A stretch of 64,000 bases of DNA from Syntrophorhabdaceae bacterium (GCA_963665295.1 OY762209.1:1856001-1920000), one strand, 5' to 3'. Counted from the first letter of the stretch, positions 19,780 to 30,549 are shown. The notes: a model not told the origin generated them from the sequence alone. Numbers and translations are program-made.

Positions 19780-22146
19780 ATGAAAACGTCGGTATCGCAG
19801 GTGACTTGCCACGCTATTCTCCTGGCTGTCCTTACTCTGGCGCTGGTGTGCTTTATCCATCCCCCGGTTGCGGGAGCCGCCGATCGAGGCGTGGAGAAGA
19901 CGGTGGGGAGGAGCACCTATCCGGCGCTCCTTGCGAGGGCCGAAAGCGACGGCTCGGCGAGGGTCATCGTAAAAGTGGGCATCGATTTCAGGGCAGAGCC
20001 GGTTCTTGCCGGAGAGCAGATGGCCGCACAGAGGGCCGCGACCCTCATGGCCCAAAACCGGCTTATCTCGGAGCTTGAGACGAAGGGCGTCGCGCCTTCC
20101 GCCTTTTATCGTTACAAATACATACCTTTTATGGCCATGACCGTGAGCGCCGCCGGCCTGAAGGCTCTTGCCGCTTCGGCCAATGCCCTGCTCATTCAGG
20201 AGGACGCGGTTTCCCTGCCTGACGAAGACCCCACACCGGGTTGGAGCATCCCCCTTATCGGCGCAGAGGCGATGCAGAACGCCGGCATAACGGGCGCGGG
20301 CATGACCGTTGCAGTGGTCGATACGGGCGTTGACAAGACCCATCCCTATCTTACCGGTGCGGTTACCTCCGAGGCATGTTACTCCACCAATGACAGGCAG
20401 CACAAGCAGTCCTCTCTCTGTCCCGGGGGAGTTTCCTCCTCCACGGCCGCAGGCTCCGCAATGCCTTACGGGGGATCGTGCCCCACGTCCACCGTGCCCG
20501 GTCAGGGAAAGTGCGACCATGGCACCCACGTGGCGGGAATCGTTGCCGGACGGAGCGGTATCGCCGGAAGCCCGGGACCGGGTGTGGCCCCGGCGGCCAA
20601 CATTATCGCCATACAGGTTTTCACTTACTCTGAGCGGGCCCAGGACTGCGACTCAAACGGGCCTCCGTGCGTCACGGCAAACGACTCCGACATTATCAAG
20701 GCCCTGGAGAGGGTCTACGAACTTCAAGAGGGCGGCCTTACCATCGCTTCCGTCAACATGAGCCTCGGAGGCGGTCAGTATGGCGAGAACTGCGACAGTC
20801 AGGCAGCTTCGAAAACTATCGTCGATATGCTGAGGGCGGCGAATATCGCCACCGTGGCATCATCGGGCAACAACGGGTATTGCGGCGCCATAGGCAGTCC
20901 CGCGTGTATTTCGTCGGTGGTCAGCGTGGGCGCAACCGATTCGAACGATAATGTAGCCCCCTATTCAAACAGCGCGCCCTTCATGAGCCTTCTGGCCCCG
21001 GGCTCGGCAATCACGTCGTCCATACCGGAGGTGGAGGACACGTGGTATGCCTCCTGGAACGGCACGTCCATGGCCGCCCCGCACGTGGCGGGCATTTGGG
21101 CGTTGATGAGGCAGCAGACACCCGCGGCCACGGTGAGCGACATTTTGAGCGCCCTTACGTCCACGGGGGCCTCGGTGACCGATTCGTCATGCAGCCCGGT
21201 GACGAAAAAGAGGGTGAACGTGAGCGAAGCCTCCGCCCTGCTCCAAAACGGGGCAGCCCTCTCAGTTACCATCGGGGGAAAAGGCCAGGGCACGGTCTCA
21301 GCCGACGGCCTCACGTGCGCGGGCAGCGCGAGTTGCTCGGGAACCTACGTGACCGGGACCACCGTGACCCTCACCGCCCAACCCAATTTCAAGTACGCCT
21401 TCGACGCGTGGACGGGCTGTACCACCACGACAGACAATACGTGCACCATAGTCATGGATAGCGGCAAGACCGTGACCGCGTCCTTCGGGCTTCTTCCCGT
21501 AATGAACGTGACGCCCCAATCCTTGAACTTCGGCTCCGTGAAAAAAGGGATTCGTTCGGATAAACAAATCACCGTCAAGAATACAGGACCCACCGGAGCC
21601 GCCCACCTTACGGTCGGCACTGTCGATATATCAGTCCCCTCGGATTTTGCGGTGACCGGCACCACCTGCGCCACGCCCCTTGCAAAAGGGGAATCGTGCA
21701 CCATAACCATCGGCCTTACCTCCTCGTCCTACGGGGCAAAGAGCGGCCTGGCAAGGGTGGCCTCCAATGACCCCAAGCGATCCCCCATAGGCGTGAAACT
21801 CGCGGGGAACGCCGCACCTCCCGTCATCTCCGTGCCGGGCAACACAAACCTGGGTTCCATCACGGTGGGGCAGACAAGCGAGGCGAAACAGATATATGTG
21901 AGGAACACGGGACTTTCCCCCCTCACCTTCACCTTTATCGGGCTTGCCGACAAGAGCGGCCCCTTTGCCCTGGTCTTCGACGGGTGCACGGGCCAGAGCG
22001 TTGCCAAGGGTGACTATTGCCCCGTGGCAGTCACTTTCACCCCTACCGCTGCCGGCACCGCGACAGGCCACCTGATCATCCAGTCCAACGACCCCAACCC
22101 GTCAAGGGCCACGCTCGTGAGGCAGCTAAGCGGTCGGGGGAAGTAA
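19780..22146 (+). CDS. Secreted S8 subtilisin-like protease with a B-repeat and two choice-of-anchor D-type domains
   Basis: Triad VAVVDTG, HGTHVAG, GTSMAAPHVAG; signal peptide; VKNTG...SNDP Ig repeats. Confidence 0.92.
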   Translation: MKTSVSQVTCHAILLAVLTLALVCFIHPPVAGAADRGVEKTVGRSTYPALLARAESDGSARVIVKVGIDFRAEPVLAGEQMAAQRAATLMAQNRLISELETKGVAPSAFYRYKYIPFMAMTVSAAGLKALAASANALLIQEDAVSLPDEDPTPGWSIPLIGAEAMQNAGITGAGMTVAVVDTGVDKTHPYLTGAVTSEACYSTNDRQHKQSSLCPGGVSSSTAAGSAMPYGGSCPTSTVPGQGKCDHGTHVAGIVAGRSGIAGSPGPGVAPAANIIAIQVFTYSERAQDCDSNGPPCVTANDSDIIKALERVYELQEGGLTIASVNMSLGGGQYGENCDSQAASKTIVDMLRAANIATVASSGNNGYCGAIGSPACISSVVSVGATDSNDNVAPYSNSAPFMSLLAPGSAITSSIPEVEDTWYASWNGTSMAAPHVAGIWALMRQQTPAATVSDILSALTSTGASVTDSSCSPVTKKRVNVSEASALLQNGAALSVTIGGKGQGTVSADGLTCAGSASCSGTYVTGTTVTLTAQPNFKYAFDAWTGCTTTTDNTCTIVMDSGKTVTASFGLLPVMNVTPQSLNFGSVKKGIRSDKQITVKNTGPTGAAHLTVGTVDISVPSDFAVTGTTCATPLAKGESCTITIGLTSSSYGAKSGLARVASNDPKRSPIGVKLAGNAAPPVISVPGNTNLGSITVGQTSEAKQIYVRNTGLSPLTFTFIGLADKSGPFALVFDGCTGQSVAKGDYCPVAVTFTPTAAGTATGHLIIQSNDPNPSRATLVRQLSGRGK

Positions 22147-22177
22147 TAGGGGCTTCTATAAGGGTATTTAAGGAGGT

Positions 22178-22226
22178 CATCCGCAGGGACCCGGACCACT
22201 GTGGCCGGTCGGGGTCCCTGCGGATG
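22178..22226 (+). terminator. Strong stem-loop after the S8 gene
   Basis: CATCCGCAGGGACCC...GGGTCCCTGCGGATG, 15 bp perfect stem. Confidence 0.6.
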
Positions 22227-22456
22227 GCTCGCAAGCTATGACAGAGCAAGAGCCTTCACTTAGCCGGAAGGGTGGAATTGACACAAAGGGCCTATCTGTG
22301 GCGCCATGCTGCGCCGGTGTCCTCTGACGTGCGGCAAGTACGTCGCTTAGAAGCACCTGCCGTTGGCCGGCACCGCATCTGATACATACCTCTGACCCCG
22401 TGAATCTGCACTCCCTGGGGAGCCCGACCTCCTGACTCTTTCCCAGCCTACGACGT

Positions 22457-22645
22457 ATGACAATACGTTGCCTGGAAGTAGTGAATAGAGAATTGGCGAT
22501 GGAGTTCGGCCGGGGCTTCTCTGAAAAGAACCTCCGGCACATGATCCGTTTTGCAGAAGTCTTTCCCGATGAGGAGATTCTCTCCGCACTGCGGAGAGAA
22601 TTGAACCGGACCCACCTGAAGAAGATCATATGCCCTTGGTGGTGA
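22457..22645 (+). pseudogene. DUF1016/YhcG N-terminal fragment
   Basis: EFGRGFSEKNLRHMIRFAEVFPDEEILSALRREL..TH is a typical DUF1016 N-domain segment; truncated on both sides. Confidence 0.75.
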
Positions 22646-22671
22646 TACTGTCATTCACTTCTGCACGTAAT
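22617..22671 (+). repeat. Bipartite site family, copy C
   Basis: TGAAGAAG...CTTCTGCACGTAAT. Confidence 0.6.
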
Positions 22672-22735
22672 AAACAGTCAGCCGCCGTAATGTTATAGCT
22701 CAACAGCAATGAACTTGGATGCTTCCCCCGCCGCC

Positions 22736-24196
22736 TCAATCTGCCATCCAGCTACCTCCTAAGGACTTAATGAGGGCTATGACCGACACGAGTTGTTGAC
22801 CGCGCAGGCGCATGGCCGTCCGGTCGATTCCCAGGGTGACATTCTCCGCCGTTGCCACATCGAGATAAGTGACGAGACCTGCCTCATAGCGGTTATTGGC
22901 AACTTCCAGTTGCCTTCGCCCCGATTTTGACGCTGCCACGACCCTCTCATGCTGGTTGGCAAGCAGATATTCAGCCGAGAGGTTGTTTTCAACGTCCGCG
23001 AAGGCACTGAGCACCGTCTGGCGGTATTTGGCAACCGCCTCCTCATAGGCTGCCCTAGCCTGGTCGAGCCCGGCGACAAGCTGGCCGCCTTGGAAGAGCG
23101 GGAGCGTGATTGACGGCGCGACGGTCCAGAACCTGCTCTGCCAGTCGAGGAGGTTGCTCGTTGTCCCGCTCTGATATCCTGTCTGGGCGCCAAATCTGAT
23201 GGTCGGGAAAAATGCTGCCGTTGCCACTCCGATACTTGCGTTGGCGGCAGCCATGCGCCGCTCAGCGGCGGCAATATCGGGCCTGCGCTCGAGCAACTCG
23301 GAAGGCAAATTGGGTGGGAGTATCACCGGTTTCAGATCAAGGGGCCGCTCTGATACCCTGAAAAACGATGCATTTTGTCCGGTGAGCACGGCGAGCGCAT
23401 GTTCGAACTTCGCCCTTTGCAGGGCGGTATCGGGGAGTTGGGACTCTGTGTTCCTGAGAACCGTTTCCGCCTGTGCCACATCGAGATCCGACACCATGCC
23501 CCCCGCCCTCCGATTCGAAACGAGCTCGAACGATTTACGGAAGACCTCGATGCTCCTGAGGAGCAAATCCTTATCCCCGTCTAGGGCTCGGATTGCGAAA
23601 TAATCTGCCGCGACTTCCGCCTGAATGGCCAGCTTCACCGCCTCCACATCGTCGGCGCTCGCCTGCACCTGGGCCGTCGCGGACTCGACGAGGCGCCTTA
23701 CTCGCCCCCAGAGATCGACCTCATAACTCAGGTCAAAAAGAACGGTATCTGTATTGTACGTTTGGCCCGGGTGGCCCCCGGCAGGACGGTTCAGCGAGTC
23801 AAGCTGCCTCACCGGGAGATAAGAGCCGGATAGTTTCGGGAAAAGATTCGCCTGCGTCACGTTGGCGGCAGCGCGAGCCTGGTTGAACCTGGCGTAGGCA
23901 GCCTTCAGGTCCTGGTTGGCCGCGGCTGCGGCCTCTTCCAGTTTATTCAGCTCGAGGTCGCCGAACACTTCCCACCATTTGCCCTTGGGAATATGCGCCT
24001 GGGGCACGGCGATCTTCCATTCATCGGACACTCCGGTGTATCCTTCAGGGATCTCCGTTGCATCGGGGCGCACGTAGTCGGGCCCCACGGCGCAGGCCGC
24101 AAGCGCCATCGCCAAAAGAAATAGTGCGAGCACCGAAATCACCAGACTGTGGCGGTCTGCTATCCGGAGAGACGGGAGTGAACGAATCGTCTTCAT
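22736..24196 (-). CDS. RND efflux outer-membrane lipoprotein (NodT/OprM family)
   Basis: Lipobox LAAC-AVGPDY, YEVDLWGR, PSELLERRPDI, LIKSLGGSW. Confidence 0.92.
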   Translation of the reverse strand: MKTIRSLPSLRIADRHSLVISVLALFLLAMALAACAVGPDYVRPDATEIPEGYTGVSDEWKIAVPQAHIPKGKWWEVFGDLELNKLEEAAAAANQDLKAAYARFNQARAAANVTQANLFPKLSGSYLPVRQLDSLNRPAGGHPGQTYNTDTVLFDLSYEVDLWGRVRRLVESATAQVQASADDVEAVKLAIQAEVAADYFAIRALDGDKDLLLRSIEVFRKSFELVSNRRAGGMVSDLDVAQAETVLRNTESQLPDTALQRAKFEHALAVLTGQNASFFRVSERPLDLKPVILPPNLPSELLERRPDIAAAERRMAAANASIGVATAAFFPTIRFGAQTGYQSGTTSNLLDWQSRFWTVAPSITLPLFQGGQLVAGLDQARAAYEEAVAKYRQTVLSAFADVENNLSAEYLLANQHERVVAASKSGRRQLEVANNRYEAGLVTYLDVATAENVTLGIDRTAMRLRGQQLVSVIALIKSLGGSWMAD

Positions 24197-25392
24197 TTGC
24201 CCTTCTCCTTTTTCGCGGCCGGCGCCACGGACACGGCAGCACCGGTGGAAAGCGAATCAGAAGGATTCAATATAACCCGGTCGCTCGGCCCCACGCCCAC
24301 GAGCACTTCAATGGTCTGACCGAAATCCCGTCCCAGCTTCACGTTCCGAAGCTCCACCTTCCCGTCGGCCTTCACCACACCGACCTGAGGCCCTTCCGGC
24401 CGGAACAGCACCGTATTAGCAGGGAGGGTGAGGACGGGCTCACTCTTCGCATCGGTAAACCGTACCTGGGCATACCCGCCCGCAATGATCTCCTCCTTCG
24501 GGTTATCAAGCTCTAGCTCTATGAGGAGCGTCCTGGAGTCGGCGGCCATGACACCGGCCGTACGGATCACTCGGGGTTTAAATGTCCGGTCAGGGAACTC
24601 TGACACGGTCAGCTCTGCGCTCTGGCCGGTTCGGATGCTCCGGGCCATTGACTGGGGAACCTGCACGAATATCCGGAGTTTCCCTGTTTGGGCGAGGTGG
24701 AAGATTTCCTTCCCCGCCCCGGCGACGATGAGATCGCCCGAATCGATATTTCGGACCGTGATGGTGCCCGCGAACGGCGCCTTGACCCGTAGGAACGATT
24801 CGAGCCTTTCGAGCCTGCGCACTTCCGAGCGGGCCGATTCGGTACTTGCCGCTTTAAGCTTGAAATCGGCCTGTTTCTCGGCGTTCTCCTGGTCGCTCAC
24901 GCTCGCGGTCTTCACGAGACCCGCCCACCGCTCCGCCGTGATCTTGGCGAGCCCAAGGGCCGCCTCCGCCTGGGCGAGCTGTCCCCGGGCCCGCTCGATC
25001 TCCTGATTGAGCTCCGGCGCGTCGATCTCGGCAAGGAGCTGGCCCTGCTTGACATGACTCCCTATGTCCACGAGCCTTCTTTTAAGATAGCCGTTTGCCC
25101 GTGCATAAATCGGAGCCTCCACAAATGGCTTCACCTCCGCGGGAAGGGGGAGGTGCGACCCTGATTGGCCAGGTTTGGGAGACACCACTACGACCGTAGG
25201 AACGGAAAGTTCCTTCGTTTCCGCGCGCAGCATGGCCCGCTCCCGAAGCCTCGGCACGAGACCTGCCACGACACCAATAATGATCAGGAGCGCGAGAATG
25301 ACCCCGACAAGCATGAACCTGGAGCGTCCCCGACCGGCCGTGTCTCCCGTATTGTGGATGAGATCAAAAGGATTATTTTCTGTTGAATTCAT
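24193..25392 (-). CDS. RND periplasmic adaptor (membrane fusion protein)
   Basis: Single TM helix, ARANGYL..VDIG.V..GQLLAEID, APFAGTI. ATG 25392 overlaps the permease stop. Confidence 0.92.
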   Translation of the reverse strand: MNSTENNPFDLIHNTGDTAGRGRSRFMLVGVILALLIIIGVVAGLVPRLRERAMLRAETKELSVPTVVVVSPKPGQSGSHLPLPAEVKPFVEAPIYARANGYLKRRLVDIGSHVKQGQLLAEIDAPELNQEIERARGQLAQAEAALGLAKITAERWAGLVKTASVSDQENAEKQADFKLKAASTESARSEVRRLERLESFLRVKAPFAGTITVRNIDSGDLIVAGAGKEIFHLAQTGKLRIFVQVPQSMARSIRTGQSAELTVSEFPDRTFKPRVIRTAGVMAADSRTLLIELELDNPKEEIIAGGYAQVRFTDAKSEPVLTLPANTVLFRPEGPQVGVVKADGKVELRNVKLGRDFGQTIEVLVGVGPSDRVILNPSDSLSTGAAVSVAPAAKKEKGK

Positions 25393-28300
25393 GGTAACAC
25401 CTCGTCGGTTTTGATTTCTGTTGGATCGGGCTCGGCTCCTTTTCTGTGGAGAAGGCTGAATACGACCGGGACGAAGAAGAGGGTTGCAATAGTGGCAAGG
25501 ATCAGGCCGCCAATGACCGCCCGGCCAAGGGGTGCATTCTGCTCGCCCCCTTCGCCCAGTGCAAGGGCCATGGGGAACATGCCGATCATCATGGCAAGGG
25601 CCGTCATGAGCACCGGTCGCAGGCGGCCTACACCCGCCTCCCATGCGGCCCTCATGGGGTCGAGGCCGCGGCGGAGATTATTTCTTGCGAAAGTCACCAC
25701 CAGGACCGAGTTGGCCGTAGCCACTCCCAGGCTCATAATTGCCCCCATCATGGCGGGAACGCTGAGCGTGGTGAAGGTAAGGTAGAGCCCCCACACTACG
25801 CCCGCAAAGGCACCGAGAAGGGCGGTAATGATGATGAATGGATCAAGCCAGGACTGGAAGTTGATGACCAAGAGGAGGTAGACGAAGGCGATTGCTAGAA
25901 GGAGCCCTATGGAGAGTCCGGTGAAGCTCGAATGCATGGTGTCTGCCTGCCCCCGGAACATGATGAAGCTCCCCTTGGGAAGCTCCTTCTTTGCCTGTTC
26001 CACCAGGGGCATGATATCCCGGAGCACGCCCCCCAGGTCACGCCCGCTCACTCCGCCGAATACGTCGATCACGGGCATGACATTGTACTGCGAGTAAATG
26101 GGTGAGCCGCTCGCGCGCTTCAGAGAGGCGAGGTTGGCGAGGACCTGCGCGTCGTTTTTGCCCTGCCGGTTCGCGCTTACCGGGATGCCGTTCAAGGCGG
26201 CGAGCGAGTCGATGGGGTGCTCCGGCACCCTCACGTTCACCAGGTACTGTATGCCGTTTTTGGGGTTGAGCCAGTAGTTCGGCTGCACCTGGCTGTTGCC
26301 GCTCAAGCTCAGGAGCACCGAGCCGGTAACATCCCGCTCGGAGAGCCCGATCTGTGATGCCTTGGTACGGTCGACGTCGAAATGGAGCTCGGGCTGATCC
26401 GTTGGTTGCTGGATGCGCACATCCACGGCCCCGGGAACCCGGCGGACCTTTTCAACGAGTCGTGCCGCAACGGCGTGGCTTTTCACGCGGTCCTTGCCGA
26501 CGATCTGGATGTCGAAGGGCGCGGGCAAACCGAAATTGATGGTCTGGTTCACGATATCGGCGGGCAGAAAATAAAAGGTTGTCCCCGGAAAGTCACGGTT
26601 AAGCCGGGCCCTCAGGCGCCTCACGTAGCCTTCCGTGGACCGGTGACCGGATTTGAGGGATACGAGTATATCCCCGTCGGCCGTCCCCGTGAGGCCGTTG
26701 TCGATGTAGGTGAGGGGGATCCCTCCGAAGGGGATGCCGAGATTATCGAGGATGCCGGCGATCTCTTTGGCGGGGATTTCTTCCCGTATGACACCCTCGA
26801 TCCTGTCAGCAAGCCGGGTTGTTTCTTCGATTCGCGTCCCTGTTGGGGCCCGGACATGGAGCCTGAACTGGCCAGCGTCTACCGAGGGGAAGAAATCCTG
26901 GCCGAGTTGAGGGATGAGAAGCCAGGAGCCGACGCAAAACGCGGTAAAAAGGATCGCGAAGGCCGTTCGATGGGCAAGGACATTGCCCAGCATCCGGCGA
27001 TAGTCTTCCCGGAAACGGGTGAATCCGCGCTCGAAACTTCCCTGCAGGGACACAAACGGGCGCAGCAATGGAGAAACCGATCCCGGGTCCGTTCCATGAC
27101 CCCGGTATTCGATATGGCGGTAGAACCACATGACAAGTGTCGGAATGAGGGTCCGGGAGAGCACGTAACTTGCGAGCATCGCGAATACGACTGCTTCGGC
27201 AAGAGGCACGAAAAGATACCGGGCAACGCCGGTTAAAAAGAACATCGGCACGAAGACGATGCAGATGCAGAGGGTGGAGACAAATGCAGGCAGGGCTATC
27301 TCCTGTGCCCCGTCCAAGATCGCCTGGACGTTCGGTTTGCCGAGCGCCATCTGGCGATGGACATTTTCAATTTCCACCGTCGCGTCATCCACCAGAATGC
27401 CAACGGCCAGGGCTAGTCCTCCCAGGGTCATGAGGTTGATGGTCTCGCCGAGGGCGGAGAGAAGGCCCAAGGAGCACAGAACGGAAAGAGGAATTGAGAG
27501 AGCGATGATAAAAGTGCCCCGCCATGTACCAAGAAAGAGGAGGATCATTATGGCCGTGAGCGTGGCGGCGATAATACCCTCTTTCATGACGCCGTTTATC
27601 GCCGCCCTCACGAAAAGGGACTGGTCGGCGAATTCCTTAACCCCGAGTTCCGAGGGAAGACCGCTTAGAATCCGGGGCATGGTCTTCTTCACGCTGTCCA
27701 CCACTGCGAGCGTAGAGGCGGCACCCGTTTTCATGATGGTAAGGAGAACTCCGCGGACCCCGTCGAGGCGTACCACATTTTGCTGGGGTTGGTATCCGTC
27801 ATGGACGTGAGCCACGTCGCCGACCCGGATTACCGCGCCGTTCACCGTCTTCACGGGAAGGTCGTTGAGCGCCGAAATCACCTCCGGGTTGCTGTTCATG
27901 AAGACGTTGTATTCCGTGGCGGCAATTTTTGCGGTGCCGCTGGGGAGAACGAAGTTCTGGGCGTTGACTGCGTTCACGACATCCTGGGGGGCTAGGTTCT
28001 TCGCCTGGAGGGCCGGAAGGTCGAGGTCCACGGCGACGACCCTTGCCTTGCCCCCGTACGGATAGGGCACCGAAGCGCCGCGCACGGTCGAAAGGCCCAC
28101 CTTGATCTGGTTCATCGCCATGTCCTGCAATTCCTGCTCGGAGAACCTTGTGCTCGCCAGGCTGTATTGCAGGATAGGCACTGTCGAGGCATTGTAGCGG
28201 ATCACGAAGGGCGGCGTGACCCCCGGCGGAAGGAACCTTTGGGCCGCCTGGCCGCTGGCGGCAAGCTGCCCCACCGCATCGGAAACCGAGGCACCCGGCT

Positions 28301-28589
28301 GGAGAAACACCTTGATGACACCAGCGCCGTTATAGGCCGTTGCTTCGATGTGCTCAATATCGTTCACCAGAGCTGCAATCATTCGCTCATGGTTCGAGAT
28401 GATCCGCTGATCCACCTCTTTCGCGTTGAGGCCGTTGTAGACCCAGACCACGCTCACGACCGGGATATTAATCTCAGGAAATATATCCGTCGGAGTGCGA
28501 AGCAGCACGAACGGCGTCAGTAATAAAAGCACCAACGAAGCCACCACGAACGTGTATGGTCGACGTAGTGCGAGTTTAACAATCCACAT
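25389..28589 (-). CDS. RND efflux permease (AcrB/AcrD/AcrF family)
   Basis: 1066 aa; DIFPEINIPVV, GILVDDATVEIEN, RLRPVLMT, PLGRAVIGG. Confidence 0.95.
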   Translation of the reverse strand: MWIVKLALRRPYTFVVASLVLLLLTPFVLLRTPTDIFPEINIPVVSVVWVYNGLNAKEVDQRIISNHERMIAALVNDIEHIEATAYNGAGVIKVFLQPGASVSDAVGQLAASGQAAQRFLPPGVTPPFVIRYNASTVPILQYSLASTRFSEQELQDMAMNQIKVGLSTVRGASVPYPYGGKARVVAVDLDLPALQAKNLAPQDVVNAVNAQNFVLPSGTAKIAATEYNVFMNSNPEVISALNDLPVKTVNGAVIRVGDVAHVHDGYQPQQNVVRLDGVRGVLLTIMKTGAASTLAVVDSVKKTMPRILSGLPSELGVKEFADQSLFVRAAINGVMKEGIIAATLTAIMILLFLGTWRGTFIIALSIPLSVLCSLGLLSALGETINLMTLGGLALAVGILVDDATVEIENVHRQMALGKPNVQAILDGAQEIALPAFVSTLCICIVFVPMFFLTGVARYLFVPLAEAVVFAMLASYVLSRTLIPTLVMWFYRHIEYRGHGTDPGSVSPLLRPFVSLQGSFERGFTRFREDYRRMLGNVLAHRTAFAILFTAFCVGSWLLIPQLGQDFFPSVDAGQFRLHVRAPTGTRIEETTRLADRIEGVIREEIPAKEIAGILDNLGIPFGGIPLTYIDNGLTGTADGDILVSLKSGHRSTEGYVRRLRARLNRDFPGTTFYFLPADIVNQTINFGLPAPFDIQIVGKDRVKSHAVAARLVEKVRRVPGAVDVRIQQPTDQPELHFDVDRTKASQIGLSERDVTGSVLLSLSGNSQVQPNYWLNPKNGIQYLVNVRVPEHPIDSLAALNGIPVSANRQGKNDAQVLANLASLKRASGSPIYSQYNVMPVIDVFGGVSGRDLGGVLRDIMPLVEQAKKELPKGSFIMFRGQADTMHSSFTGLSIGLLLAIAFVYLLLVINFQSWLDPFIIITALLGAFAGVVWGLYLTFTTLSVPAMMGAIMSLGVATANSVLVVTFARNNLRRGLDPMRAAWEAGVGRLRPVLMTALAMMIGMFPMALALGEGGEQNAPLGRAVIGGLILATIATLFFVPVVFSLLHRKGAEPDPTEIKTDEVLP

Positions 28590-28735
28590 GGTCTATCTCC
28601 TCCTGCTGTACTGCTCTTGGGGGGCGGCGCCGAAGTCTTGTTGAAACGACCCCTCTCGCCCACAAACGTAAATGGATCCAGGGAACCTGCACCTGAACCT
28701 GTGATTTAAGAGTTTAAACTACGGGTATTGCGGTA

Positions 28736-29032
28736 TTAGCAACGAAGGGGTGGGGCTTCTGTCTGGGTGTTGGGGGTAGGGGCTTCAAAATCAAAAGTAG
28801 ACGCTGTCAGAACAACGGCCGGATCGGGACTCATCGGGCCCGAGGGCGGAAGGCCGACCATCTCGGCGAGGTCGGAAGAAGACGTCACCGAGTCGCGAAG
28901 ACACGGTTTCATCTTATGCGAGAACGGGCAGCCCTGAGAGAGCTTGTGCGCGCAGGTAAGCGGTACCATGCCCGCAATGAGCATGATAATAGCACATGCC
29001 ACAATAGTCGAGGTCAAACTATGACGCCGCAT
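28736..29032 (-). CDS. Small hypothetical exported Cys/His-containing protein
   Basis: GGAGG RBS, signal-like N-terminus, ends PPLRC; upstream of the RND operon. Confidence 0.5.
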   Translation of the reverse strand: MRRHSLTSTIVACAIIMLIAGMVPLTCAHKLSQGCPFSHKMKPCLRDSVTSSSDLAEMVGLPPSGPMSPDPAVVLTASTFDFEAPTPNTQTEAPPLRC

Positions 29033-29104
29033 TATCTATCCTCCGCAATCCTTCACTTCACTAGTATAGCATAAACGAATAATGTGAAGGAACAGCGAAG
29101 AGAA

Positions 29105-29158
29105 TGTGAATAATTATGAAGAAGAACCTGCCGCGCCTGCTTCCTACGCGCGCATAAT
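29105..29158 (+). repeat. Bipartite site family, degenerate copy D
   Basis: TGTGAAT...GCGCATAAT with 51 nt offset, followed by CGGTAATTC as in copy A. Confidence 0.4.
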
Positions 29159-29315
29159 CGGTAATTCGCACAACAGACTGATAGAAATATCCTTTCTTTC
29201 TATCAGTCTGTAACAACCTCTTCACCCTAAGGTCTACCACCGTTTCAGCCATTTGCATTGTTAAAAGAGCCCGTGAAACACGCTGCGAGGTGGGCCCAAA
29301 CGTTGAGATGGGTTT

Positions 29316-29375
29316 TTTGTGAATTGCGATTTCATTATCAATTTCTAATCGCTATTAACACTTTCTATGCGTAAT
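29316..29375 (+). repeat. Bipartite site family, copy E
   Basis: TTTGTGAAT...CTTTCTATGCGTAAT; 55 nt offset. Confidence 0.5.
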
Positions 29376-29524
29376 TCGCAGCGGAGGGCTTACCCTGGGT
29401 TATTTACTTGCAGGTGACGGCATCAGATCCATCTAATTTCGGCCCATCGGGTGATCAATAAAGTGGCGGTGATAGCCCTTTATGGTGATTGTCACACCAC
29501 TTACCTAATGATGTCAGTGGTTTA

Positions 29525-29548
29525 AGAGCGGAGAGGGTGGGATTCGAA
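29525..29548 (-). repeat. att site: duplicated 3' end of tRNA-Ser
   Basis: AGAGCGGAGAGGGTGGGATTCGAA, identical to 34809-34832. Confidence 0.9.
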
Positions 29549-29670
29549 AATACGGCCATTCAGTAATGACACGGCCTTCTAAGCTTTACCTAAATATCAC
29601 CTAAACATCAAATCGCGTGCTGTTGACTCCACCTACAAGTCAATAACCGAGGCCGAGGGTTTGGCCGAGG

Positions 29671-29732
29671 ACTACGCATAGAAAGCATTGCATTTTGGCG
29701 TCAAGAGAGGACCAAGGCGAACTTCACGACAA
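29671..29732 (-). repeat. Bipartite site family, copy F
   Basis: Minus strand TTGTCGTGAAGTTC...CCTCTCTTGACGCC...CTTTCTATGCGTAGT; aligns with copy B. Confidence 0.65.
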
Positions 29733-29739
29733 ACAACCC

Positions 29740-30549
29740 TCACCCCCCAATCCGCTTCAAGAGGAGAATAATACCAGGTGAAGTGAAAACCAGTTTGTGT
29801 GAGTTCAGTTTCAAGGTAGGACGACGAGAATGACAAACATCGTCATCGGAAAACTGATCCCCATTAGAAACATACAGGCAGCCCAACCTCTGACAAACTG
29901 TCTTGAGGGAGCCTTTTCCGTTCGCGCAAAATCGCGCCACATTGAATAGTCCTCCGGATGCAACCAAAAGTACCCGCCCGGGATCATTAGTAGCAGGCCC
30001 ATGAGGATTACACCGATCATGATCCATGAAACAGACGCTATCGCCTTCGCTGCTTGAGGCCCTTCGAAGAGGGCGGAGATAGTAACCGCTAAGGACCGCC
30101 GACGGTCTACAATAGACGTGTCTTATGTTCTCCCAGTTGACGCGGCGTTTCACGAGACCTAGACGCTGCACGATCTCGGCGCCGTCATTCTCAATGAATC
30201 CTCTCTCGTTCACTTCATAGCTTCCATGATTGGTGTCTATGAAGTAGAACGGTCTACCACTACGTATCGAAATTCTTTCCTGCAATCCCGTTACATTCTT
30301 TAGCTCTACGCGCGTTTTGAAGAGATGCTTGATTTCTAGATGTTCCGACGTGAGCGAAATGCGCTCGGGAGTCAACAGACTAGCACATATCCCGATCAGC
30401 CAAAGTAGCAAGGCGAGACCGACATACAGAAAAGCAACCTGAATTTTATTCAAGGCACCTCCGATGTGGCTTTGCTGGTGATCTCCATGTAAGCTATCAT
30501 TGTTCTTTTGGCTGGCTATCTGATCTCTTGGACGTAGGGGCGACTGCAT
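29740..30549 (-). CDS. Hypothetical membrane protein (PH-like segment); 3' part probably non-native read-through
   Basis: A TM segment followed by a beta-rich region. The C-terminal third overlaps the 29811-30020 ORF and looks random. Confidence 0.35.
   Translation of the reverse strand: MQSPLRPRDQIASQKNNDSLHGDHQQSHIGGALNKIQVAFLYVGLALLLWLIGICASLLTPERISLTSEHLEIKHLFKTRVELKNVTGLQERISIRSGRPFYFIDTNHGSYEVNERGFIENDGAEIVQRLGLVKRRVNWENIRHVYCRPSAVLSGYYLRPLRRASSSEGDSVCFMDHDRCNPHGPATNDPGRVLLVASGGLFNVARFCANGKGSLKTVCQRLGCLYVSNGDQFSDDDVCHSRRPTLKLNSHKLVFTSPGIILLLKRIGG
29811..30020 (-). CDS. Small two-TM membrane protein
   Basis: 69 aa ORF with two hydrophobic segments. Confidence 0.4.
   Translation of the reverse strand: MIGVILMGLLLMIPGGYFWLHPEDYSMWRDFARTEKAPSRQFVRGWAACMFLMGISFPMTMFVILVVLP

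Noticed and set aside
25393..25644. N-terminal extension of the membrane fusion protein in the ORF track
   Set aside because: It overlaps the permease C-terminus; ATG 25392 with a GAGG RBS is the plausible start.
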